Shown: piece by piece, positions 13,601 to 24,371 of the stretch
How the letters are laid out: each line of letters starts with the position of its first letter
Numbering within the stretch: the first letter of the stretch is position 1
Assembly (NCBI RefSeq): GCF_000002865.3
Contig: NW_001865084.1
Location: 174,133 to 224,463 of the forward strand
Direction: 5' to 3'
Length of the DNA stretch: 50,331 bases
DNA from: Monosiga brevicollis MX1
Lineage: Eukaryota
Program-made: the position numbers and the translations under genes
Notes under the pieces: generated by a model
Told to the model about the DNA's origin: nothing
What the model saw: the letters and a program-made list of their open reading frames with translations, nothing else
Databases searched by the model: none

Positions 13601-15212
13601 AAAGGGGATGCCGTGGGGGAAAGGAAAGAGGGTGCTCAAACTTGAGAAGAGGGCAAAGGCGCAGCGTCTTTGGACAACTATAAACGCGCTGTCTCTGGGC
13701 GAGCATTTGTGCTTGAAGCCGAAGCTCACCCTGGCACGGCGGTTGAGAATGTGTTGAAGCACAGGCAGGCCAAAGGCAAGGGTTTTGCCCGAGCCCGTTG
13801 GAGCAGCGGCAATGACATCGCGGTAGTCACGAACAGCAGGCACGATGGCGGCTTGCTATGAGCGGCCGGTTGGTGGTGGCGATGAGGCCAACAAGGGCTG
13901 ATGAGAATGCACAAGCGTGCGCGTGCGCGTGCGGGTGGCAAGTGGCCCATACTGCTTTGAGCAAAGGGTCAGGCGCGTCAAATAAAGTGCATACCTGGAT
14001 GGGAGTTGGGGCAGTAAAGCCGCGACGAACAACGGCCTCGGCCAGCTCGCGATCAAGCTGAAGCACGGTCCAAGCTACGCATATGCCATTCGACGATATG
14101 AAGCACATGTTTCAGCAAGTGTCATGTGGGCAGGAAGATGACATCAAACAGCAGCGCAGGGCCAGAGCTGATGGCGGGCGGGTACGCTAGCCTACCGGCC
14201 AGGTCTTCGTCGGCCAGTGGCTGAGAGGTTGTAACGTCTTCTGGTGTACACATGCCGACAACGGGCGTCAGGTCCATGAAACGACCAAGCTCGAGGTGGG
14301 GGGTGCGGTGGTGCTCGGTGGTGTCAGTCCTTTTCTTTTTGTCTGTAGATTCGCGGGTGGTCGACAGCTTACCTGAAGGCGCATCGTCGTGGTCGTCTTC
14401 GTCATCCATGTCGGATGGCTCGATGGACTTGCTTTTCTTGGCTGGACGAGAGTGAGCCTCTGATGGCTGCGCTTGGCCGTTGTCGGAAAGGTCAGAAGAG
14501 GCACCGGCACGCTTAGCCGCGGCCTTGCCTTTCTTGGTGCGGGTCTTCTGAGCAACCTGGTCCTTCAGGGTGTGGGCATCGACGACGTCAGCTTGAATGA
14601 CATTCAGTCCTTCAGGATCGGCCGATGCGTCCTCTTGAGCATCGACTTTCTTGCTCTTGGATTTGCGCTTCTTCTTCTTCTTCTTCTTCTCTGATGGATC
14701 GGCTGCTTCGGGGTCGGCGGCAGACGGTTCGGTTGCGGGCGCTTCTGAGTTGATGGCAAGCACGCCATTCTGATACTCGTCAATCAGGTTGCCATCCAGT
14801 TCCTCCAACCGGCAAAAACCCTCTTGAGAGAAGTTCCACATGGTTTCTTCCGGCACGTCCACCTATCCCGCACAGATGATGAACACAAGATGATCAATGC
14901 CAGCAACGCACACAGATGGTGATGCAGGTGGTCATAGGGGTCGCAGGAGTAGATGCAAAGCGCATGCCATGGACGCCATGGGAATCAAGAGCGATATGCA
15001 CAGACCAGGTTCCAGCCAGCACGGCGCACGCGTTGGGCGCCGCGACGCTTGTCGCGCTTGGTCAGTCGTCGTGGCGCTTCAAGCTTCGAGGTCTGCTCTT
15101 CGAGCTCTGCTTCGGCCTGCTGTAGCTGCTGCTGCTGCGCCCATTCCTCCTTGTTTACGACGGTCCAGTCGCTGGTGGCCGAGCGAGCCGTCTGCTTCTT
15201 GGACTTACCCAT
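10626..15212 (-). CDS. DDX24: DEAD-box RNA helicase DDX24/MAK5 (60S biogenesis); multi-exon
   Basis: Q motif GFTAPTPIQ, APTGSGKTLAF, LTPTRELALQ, GTPGRLWE, LVLDEADRMVERGHFAEL, RQTFLFSATL, ATDVAARGLDI, YVHRAGRTARG. Acidic insert between motifs II and III and C-terminal WFAKAAREMDIELD are typical of DDX24/Mak5. Last exon DPYGKSAVEYLEAETASQ* ends at 10626. Confidence 0.93.
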
Positions 15213-18200
15213 GGCTTTGATCGAAATCAAGCAAGCACCAAGAGTAGGCACCTCAGTCCACAGATGAACCACCACCAAAAAAACCCCGGGGGCTTACACC
15301 CAGCCACACGCTCGCACACACTTCTCACTGCACCCCAGATCTGTGTCGCTCCCTGTGCCGTATCCAGTCGAGTCGAGTCAGTCGAAAAGTGAGAGAGAGC
15401 CAGAACGCGCGAGAGAGAGAGCACGCGGGTGCTGATAATCCGCCGAAAGCAAAACACGAAAGCGGTGACGATACTCAGAACATTCAACCGAATACAATGA
15501 CAATATAATCTGACATTCAGGGTCGAAATCAGTCAGAATAACAGGTTGTATCGGGTTGTCTGACAATTCGGTTGAGGGGATGAGTTGGGTACACCCGCTC
15601 GAGCTATCAAGCAAAACACGCTGGTAAAGCTGCATTAGGGTGTGAAAGTCGCTCGCGCGTTGTGTGACGTCAGGTTTCCCCCATTGTCCTGACTACCACC
15701 ATTGATGCCAGATTTTCACACCCTTTCACTCTTCCTAAGGAACTCCTTACCCATAACATACATGACGCACAGATGCATGATTCAAGGCATCTCGAATGAC
15801 TGACACCTTCTTCTCTGAGAAGTGCTGGCGCGTGTGTTGGTGGTGGTGGCGGGTGCTGGCTGGGTGACACGGCGCGCGCGCGCGCGCTCGACAGACACAG
15901 CCTTGTTCGCCATGACGCACGCCCGGTACATGCTTGTGCGTGCTCCATGACAAAGCAACGCCGGTTGTGGCTTCATTTCATCTCTGCCTGAACCCATCTC
16001 ATCTCCATCTCATCTAAGTGGCAAAAGTGTGGGAAACGATTGATTGTGCCGACAGCGCCATCGATACCGCTCGTGCGTTATACATTGGGTTGGCAGGCTG
16101 GGGCAGAGTCAGAGCCAGCAGGAAGCAGCAGGAAAAAAAAAGCCAGCAGGCGCCACAACAGCCTGTTCAGTGTAGAGAGAGAGAGAGAGGGTGTGTGGTG
16201 GGGGAGGGGGGAAGAGAGAGAGAGATGGAGAGAGAGAGACGGAGAGAGACGGAGAGAGGATGCAAGACTTAAAAAGGGGGGCAGTGTCCTTCTCGCCTCG
16301 TCTAGCCTCGACAGAACCCCCAACGCGGCTAGCATCACGCCACCCAAACGCGTGAGGTCACCCTGTTTGAATTTCAAAGGGACACCCAAGGAGATGCTGG
16401 GTTGGTCCAGGCCTACAAAGGCTCTTCCAAGTCGTCCTTTCGCCAAGCGTCACTGTCAAGTGGGACCCTGGGGCACCCACAGCATACACACATACACACA
16501 TACATACACGCATACAGGCATACGCGCCACGCACCCCTCTTTTTCCGCAACTCGTGCCACCAACGCTCAGGACAAACGGGACAGAAAGTGGGGTAAAAGC
16601 AAGACCGAGTGGCTTTGTGAAAAGGAAAAACAACAACTGGAAAGGTCCGCCTTGATCGGCAGGCTGGCAGGTGCGGCCTGGTCTGGACGGCTGCATCATC
16701 GTCATACCCTGCGCACACCCCTGGGCATGTCGTTCCTCAAGGCCCTCATGAGCGAAAGATCATCATAATAATGTACCAAAACACAAACGCAAACGCGTGA
16801 TGTCGTGAGTGCGGCAGTTGGCGTTGGCATGCGGTCGCAGAGAGTCGCGTTGAGCGTCAGTTAGATGGGTTGTTATGGCTGAAGGGTCTTGCGGGTTCCA
16901 ACAAGCATGGCTTGATCTACGGGTCCTTGTCGCGCCCAATCACCCCATGTTGGCGTTGTTGCTGTTGTTGTTGACGTATGGGCCAATGTGGTGCTTGTGT
17001 GCCCAGCTTGTGTCGCTTGCCTGCAACGAGATAGGTATGGGGGGTATAAGGGCGTGCCTGTGCCTGCAGTTGAATTGAATTGCAGTGATCGCTTGCCTCA
17101 GGCCACATCAACCACCACCCCTGCCCCCTCTTTCTCACCATCCTCTACATCTGTGTAGGGCACGTCGTGTTGTGCGCGGGAGGGGGGATCGCCAGCGTTT
17201 ATCTTTGCTAGCCGACATACGTCGACACGCCTACCAAGGTCGGGTTATTTTCTTGGGTTGGTGCTGGTGTTTGAATCACCCATCGAGGTGAGGCGCTGCC
17301 TGCCCTTCCCCGTGTATGTGTGTATGTGTGTATGTATGTGTGTATGTGTGCATGTGTGTGACTGCTTCAAGGAGAGGGAGGTGCTTTTTATTTTCCTCGA
17401 CTTGGCCCCACCACTTTTGACTCTGAATCGGGCTCGCCGGGACTGCCAGCCAGCCGCTCATGCAGATTGGTGTGCTTGTGCGGGTGAATCTGGATTTGAC
17501 ATGGAACAGCTGCTTTGGTCGTTACAACAAGGCACGGCAGTTGCTCCCGGGAATCATAGCGGGGCGCCTTGACACGCCTGGTCACGATTCCTGCGAAGCA
17601 TTGCCGACACATTGGCCATCCCTTTCACAACCGTGGGCATCTCGGGAATTGTGCCCTGTCCCGCTGCCTGGGCAAGAAACAGGTCAGTCTTTTCCAAAGC
17701 ATTGGCGAGAGGCTAGCCTCTCGCCGCCGCTGGAATGGGTGTGCATTGCGACCGTCCTTTCCCCATTTCCCTGCCGCTCCTTTGCGCTGGTCCACCGCTA
17801 CACAAAAATACCAGTCAATCAACATGCCGCCATACCTTCTCGATCATGTTGCTTGCCGTCCAAGAATGTCGCGCTGCGCTTGCTGGATCGTGATCGCACA
17901 TCGTTGTGGGAAGGTGTCTGCGCGGACACGTTTCTTCTTCGGTGGCTTCAAGCCATGCAAACATGGCGCGCATCGTTCTGACTGTCAGGGAGTTGGCAGA
18001 ATCTTGTGTCCGCTCACACATTCCGCTCATGACGTCCCAAACCCAAAGCGTCCTTGCTCTCGCCTCTCTGGCCTGACATCGCCTCATCGCCTTTTTTTGC
18101 TGCTGACTGCGTGCAGAACGGTCACATTCCTTGCATTGTTGCCACTCGGTCGCACCAGCCCAGAGGTCTTTCCAGACCCATTCCCATCCCCCCAAATCCG

Positions 18201-18412
18201 TGTCCTTTACCACGTCCTCTTTTGTCCCGTGCACGGTCAGCGGCGTGCCCGACGATCCCGAGTCTCCTCCAGCTGCACTGCCAGTGTGTCTGTATGTGAG
18301 CGTGCGTCACGAGCAAGGCACACGAGACCGCCAGCCAGCCAGCCACAAGTTCTACTCACACAGCGCAACTGGTTGCTTCTGTCTCTCTTTTGTTTCTTTT
18401 TTTTTTTTGTTT

Positions 18413-18413
<1 letters not shown>

Positions 18414-18497
<84 letters not shown>

Positions 18498-18579
18498 NNN
18501 NNNNNNNNNNNNNNNNNNNNNNNNNNNNNNNNNNNNNNNNNNNNNNNNNNNNNNNNNNNNNNNNNNNNNNNNNNNNNNN
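18414..18579. repeat. (CT)n microsatellite running into an assembly gap (N at 18498-18579)
   Basis: Directly visible. Confidence 0.92.
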
Positions 18580-18642
18580 GCCCGCAGAGCCTCGCTGCTG
18601 CGCTCGTGCGTAACCGCCATCATCGCCGACACACCCGACACA

Positions 18643-20168
18643 ATGAACAGCGCTGTGGACGGAAATACCAAAGCGCCCGAAGCCGGGGCTACCGCCGGTG
18701 GGCCCTCCATGATGAAGAAAATGTTCCGTGGCGTCAAGAAGATTACGGCTCGTCACGCCAAGAGCGATGTGGAACGCAGCTACAAACTTGGCGCCGAGCT
18801 TGGAACTGGCAACTTTGCCGTCGTTCGGCTCGCTGAGCACCGCCAGACCCGTCAGAAATACGCTTGCAAAATCATCAACAAAGCCCTCTGCGCCGGCAAG
18901 GAGGACATGATTGAGACTGAGGTCTCCGTTCTCAAGCGCATTCGCCACAAGTATGTTCCCCCCAATGCCCCACGCCCCTTTTCCCCCGATTTTCCCTTCT
19001 CGCCTTTGCATCCTTTCGTGCTTCTTCTTCCCTCCTTTGACTTTGAACGACATCTGCCAACCCTCACCCCCCCCGCGCGCGCCTCCTGCTTTGCCTCTTT
19101 GCCATGCTACTGCTAGGTATATTGTGGGTATGGACGAGTGCTTTGATACCCCCGACAAGTTGTATCTCATCCTGGACTACGTCAGCGGGGGTGAGCTCTT
19201 TGATCGGATTGTCGACGAGGGCAACTTTACAGAAGCCGACGGCAGCCGTATTACCAAGCAAATGACCGAGGCCATCCAATATCTTCACAGTCAAGGCATT
19301 GTTCATCGCGACCTCAAGCCCGAAAACCTCCTGTTTCGGGACCGCTCCCCAAAGTCCGACATCCTGGTCACTGACTTTGGTCTTGCCAAGCTTCTCAACG
19401 ATAACGTCGCCCTCAAAACTGCCTGTGGTACCCCCAACTACGTGGCCCCCGAAATCCTCATGCAGCGAGGCTACGGCAAAATGTGCGACCTCTGGTCCAT
19501 TGGTACGTGCTCGCTCCCTGTCTTCTCGGTGCTACTACGCACCGGCTTCTGCCTTGATCGGCCCTGCCCCTTGGCGTTTTATCCGCTTGCTCGAATCTGA
19601 CTCGCCACCACATGGCCCGCTTGCCGCAGGTGTCATTTCTTTCATCATGCTCTGCGGCTACCCCCCCTTTTACGACGAGTCGGATGCCGTCCTCTTTGAG
19701 ATTATCATGAAGGGTCGTTTCGAGTTTGATGAGCGCTACTGGCGGGACATTTCCGATGATGCCAAGGACCTCATCCGCAACATGCTCAAGGTCGACCCAA
19801 TCAAGCGCTATGACACCTACCAGGTCCTCGAGCATCCTTGGATCTCGGGCAAGGTGAAGCTTCCCACCGTCAACCTTTCCAAGAGCGTCAGCATGAACCT
19901 CAAGAAAACAGGTCTCGGCCACAGCCGCCCAGCCATTGAGACGGAGGAATCCTCTGCCAGTCGCGCCGTCGGGGCCCGGCCTCACGCCGAGTACACCTCG
20001 TCGCCAGCCTATACGTCGTCGGCGCCTGGCGTCCGGTCTCACATCGACTACGCCTCGCCTGCTGCCGCCTCGGCCGTCTCCTCATCTCGCCACACGGCGC
20101 CAAGCACCCCGCGCGCTGTCGTGGACCACCTGCGGAGCGTGCCTGACGCTCGCAAAACCATCGTCTGA
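18643..20168 (+). CDS. CAMK1: CaMKI-like Ser/Thr protein kinase; exons 18643-18950, 19117-19502, 19630-20168
   Basis: LGTGNFAVV, YACKII, SGGELFDRIV, HRDLKPENLL, VTDFGLAK, TACGTPNYVAPE, DLWSIG|VISFIMLCGYPPFYDE, ISDDAKDLI, HPWI. Confidence 0.9.
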
Positions 20169-20980
20169 GACAAGCCCCAACTCGCACCCACACTCGCACC
20201 CAGCCCTTTCTTTTTTTCATGCCACCTATATTCCTTCCCCATCGTTTTGACCGCGTATCAGTGCGGCCAGGCAGGCAAGAATCGATGAGCTCGCACATGT
20301 GTACATAAAATGGGTTTCTGCTTGTCTCGTCGTTCTTTCCTCGTGCCCGTCGCTCTTCCTGAAGTTCAAGCCCGCCTCTTGGCCTCCATGAGCAGCGGAG
20401 CCAATCGCGGATCCATCGCCCGCAAGGGCGCGCGGCCGTCCTTGGTTCAAATAGAAGCGAGAGCCTCTGAATCGCAATTCATTTCAAACTGACGCTCCCC
20501 ACGTCGATCAATCGCTGCCTTGTTTTTGAGCATAATTGTCAGACAAATGGCCGTCAAAGTGCGGAAAACCTCAATAACCCCGGCGCTAAAAGTGCTGATC
20601 AAACAACACAAAAATTCGCATCTTGTTTCAAACTGTAACATCCAGCACACTTTCGCTGCACTCGCGCCAAAGTCAAAACGATCGTTAACGTCGTCGTGTA
20701 CAGTCAAAAGCACTTTTTGTTGAATCTCTTGGTAAGCGAATGGGCAGCGCTGCTTCACTGGCGGGAAAGGGCAGCGTCCACTGACCGTGTCCGAGTGGAG
20801 CTCGTGGGCATCGGTGTGCATGTGGTCTCAGATTCATTCTGGTTTGGCGAGCGTCTTTGGTTGTCTGTGGGGTCATTGAAGGCACGGCACGGCTTCATTC
20901 ACGCTGAGTTGTTTGTTTGACTGGGGGCGTCTCGACTGTGTAGGCTTGTGACAGGATCTTCTTCCCATCAAGCGTTCATC

Positions 20981-23900
20981 ATGGCTGAAACCGAGGCAAC
21001 CCCTGCTCCCACTACGGAGCAGACCACCGTGGCCCCGACCGAGGTCGCTCCCAAGGCCGAGGAAACCGCAGCGCCGGCCGCGGCTGAGGAGACGGCCAAG
21101 CGCACGCATGATGAGGATGGCGAGCAGCCCGCCAAGCGCGCCGCCGCCGACAACAGCGAGGCCACGGCCACTACCGCCGCACCCGCCACCGAGACCGCCG
21201 CTGTGCCCACCACCAACGCTACCGCTGCACCCGCTGCCGAGGGTGAGGCGCAACCCGCTGCCGAGGAAGAAGGTGCGACAAATGTTTTTCATTCTCAGTA
21301 GATCTCGACCCCTCTGCCTGACTGGCTACCTCTTCAGGATGTTTCAGCATTGGTCTCACCCCTGTGATGCACGCCTGCTCCTGTAGATTCCTTCGAGCTG
21401 GCCAACAATCTGGTCGGCTATATCAATGGCCCACAAGGACAGAACATCAAGATTATTGCCGACTACTGTGGAGTGACCATTGATGTGCCCACCGCCTGTG
21501 AGCCCAACACTCAGCACCGTAAGGTCAAGATCAAGGGTATCCCCGAGGGCGTTGAGTTTGCCAAGGATATCCTTTTCCGCCGCACCACCGGTGACCTCAG
21601 CTGGCCTGCCCAGCCCCGCGCCGTTGCCGAAGCCATGGCACGTCGCCAGGCCGCCGCCCAGGCTCAGATGCAACAGCACACCGGCGCTGCACCGAGTGCT
21701 GCTGGTCCCACCGACTCAAAGGAGATGTTTGTCCTCGGTGAGCACACGGGCCGTATCATCGGCCGTGGTGGTGGCACCATCCGCTCCATCCAGGATCTTT
21801 CTGGCGCACACGTCGACGTGGACCGTGAGGATGGCCCTGATGGCCGCCGTCGCGTCTGCATCGTTGGTACGCCCGAGCAAATTGCCAAGTGCGAGGAACT
21901 CATCACCGCCAAGATGAACGGTGATCCCCTTCCCATCCCGGCCAATGCCGGTCTCAACCCCAACGAGATGAAGGTCACCATCCCCAACAACATGGTCGGC
22001 CGGTAAGTATACACTTTTGAGTGACAACCACACAGCCGAACTCCCATCTTGTGAGTCTGTATGCCAAACAGTACCACTTGCATTACACGCACATCCAATC
22101 CCCCACGCACCCTCACATACGCACAAACAAACACACCTGTTTTACGCACGCGTGCAAAACAATACACTCGCTCGTATGCACGCGATACGCGTGACCTTTG
22201 GGTTTTAGCCTGAACCGGTTATGTCTTGATCCGAATACTTCCGAGCACATCCGTTGGCGTTTGCTCTGTGCGCACAGCGAGTGTCTGCTGCGTCTCCGTA
22301 CCCCTGTGCTGGCTGGAGGATTGATTGTCGCGACCCATTAGCGTTTTTACCGCTAAGACCAAAGCACATCCAGTGGGCTCGACACTTTTGTCTCTGGATT
22401 TGGCCTTTGGTGACCTACTGCTGGACAGCAAGATCCAACTTGTCCTTGGAGTCAAGACCCCTCCCTCTGCACGTCTGGTCCCCAGCTCGCTCGTGGCCCG
22501 TGCCCCCGTGCTCGCCCGAGGCCTTTGATCTTTTCCCGCTTTTCCTCTCCTCCCCGCCCGTCCTTTTTGCTGACGTCGGCTTTTCGATCGCAATGTCAAC
22601 TGCTATCGCCTGCATGGTCCCCACCTTGCCCCCCGCGCCGCTTCTTCACTTCCAGTTGCGCGATGGAACCGGCCTGTACCATCACCCCAAAGTGATTCAT
22701 GGTGTGCGCAAGGTCACTCCCATCATCAACTTGAAGCCTGGGATTGCTGCTTCTCGCCATCCTTGGTTGTTGCAAGGCCACGGCACTCTTTTGTACTCTT
22801 CGAGTAAGCCCGCGGAACACCGCGCTATCCTATTTATTACTACCCCTCGGTTTTCGCCTTTGGACATCAAGACGTGGCAATCAGTGCCTGGCTTTGTCTT
22901 CCTCGAACAGCATGCCCAACAGCCTGCTTGTTGTCCGGCCCCTCTCTTGACCCATGCAACACCTCGCTCTTGCTGCATATGACCGTGCCCGTCTTGCCCT
23001 CGCTGATGATCAGCCCAATTGCTGTTACCGAGAGCAGCAGAGTCATCCAACCCCGTTGAACATACTGCACACATCCCACGCGCTGGGCTTCCCTTTTCCT
23101 GTGTTTCGAGTCATTTGGTTCTTGGGCATTTTCCCATGTGGACAACACTCACCCCTTCATTTGCATACAAATACACACACACATGCATCCACCACTCTCA
23201 AGGGCCACCTCAGAGTATACGGTGCTGACGCTAACGCATGGATGTGTCGTCCAATTGCCTTCACGCCTGCCCGGCCTTTTAGTGTCATTGGCAAGGGCGG
23301 ACAGACCATTCGTGATATTCAACAAAATACAGGCTGTCATCTGGACGTCGCTAAGGTACGGGCATTTCAGTTCTCCGGGTTTTTTCCATATTTCTCCCAA
23401 AAAGTGTCATCTTCAAGCTTTCAGGCAAGAGGTTGGTAGTTCAAAGGTCAGCTCATTCGATACTGTTTTGTTATGCCATCCTCGGCTGGGTTCTTGTGTG
23501 CGTAGGACCCCAACGGCGAGACTGGTCAGCGTGATATTGTGATCAAGGGCAACCCGGCTCAGTGCATTCAGTGCTGCCATGTCATCAACGAGACGATCGG
23601 TGGCATGACCGGCGACTTTGTGACAAACTACGTTACCCCGGCCTACGACTACGCTTCTTTCTGGGCATCGCAGGGTCTCGACCCGAACACTGGCTATCCG
23701 GCAGGCTATGGTGCCCCCGCCGGCGGCTACGTACGTTTCCGTTGCTCATGCTTGACTTGCATGGGCGGCGCCCATCTGTTTGACCTGGCTCATTTTTGCC
23801 TTTCACCGCTGTGCATGATTTGAAGGGTGGATACGGCGGCTACGGCGGCGGCTACGGCCAGCAGGGTGGTTACGGCCAGCAGGGCTATGGCGGCTATGGC

Positions 23901-24091
23901 CAACAGGGTGGCTATGGTGGTGGCTACGGTGGCCAGCAAGGCTATGTACGTTTTAGATTGCATGTCACTTTGCAAACGTGGGCAAGATATCTCCTCACCA
24001 TTCAATTGTGTGTTCTTTGTTTGCTTTGGACCTGATGTTGCAGGGCGGCGGTTATGGAGGCTATTACCAGCAGTCGCAATCGCAGCAGTAA
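20981..24091 (+). CDS. Three-KH-domain RNA-binding protein, FUBP/KHSRP/PSI-like, with Gly/Tyr/Gln-rich tail; exons 20981-21272, 21387-22002, 23283-23355, 23506-23730, 23826-23945, 24044-24091
   Basis: KH loops VGYINGPQGQNIK, GRIIGRGGGTIRSIQ and VGR|VIGKGGQTIRDIQ. YDYASFW resembles the FUBP tyrosine motif. GGYGQQ low-complexity tail. All junctions GT-AG and in frame. Confidence 0.88.
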
Positions 24092-24371
24092 AGCGACCTG
24101 TGGTCGTACTTGGCCCTCCCTTTGCATGTTTGTCTTGTGTTTTGGCAACGCCGCTTGCTCTTCCCTCCTCACGTTACAACCCGTGGAAATTTGAAAAAAA
24201 AAACAACTTCGCCTTTTCTCCTCTGATTTCCCTTCTCTTGAAACATGTCGGTCCGGGACTTTGCTTCATCAACTATGGAACTCAATTGGACAGAGGGATG
24301 AAAGGTGGCCAGATTCATGACAGGCCGTCAAGATGCCACGGTCTGCGTATCATAAACGTCTGCTGACACCT

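Noticed and set aside
15872..15887. (GC)8 run with Z-DNA potential between DDX24 and the kinase gene
   Set aside because: Dinucleotide repeats are abundant throughout the window; no specific support for function
17569..18642. N-terminal extension of the 515-aa ORF before the kinase
   Set aside because: Runs through (CT)n and an N gap; the coding signal starts at ATG 18643
22254..22982. 242-aa ORF nested in the KH gene intron
   Set aside because: Non-ATG start, no domain, intron-like pyrimidine-rich composition; a cassette exon explains the signals better
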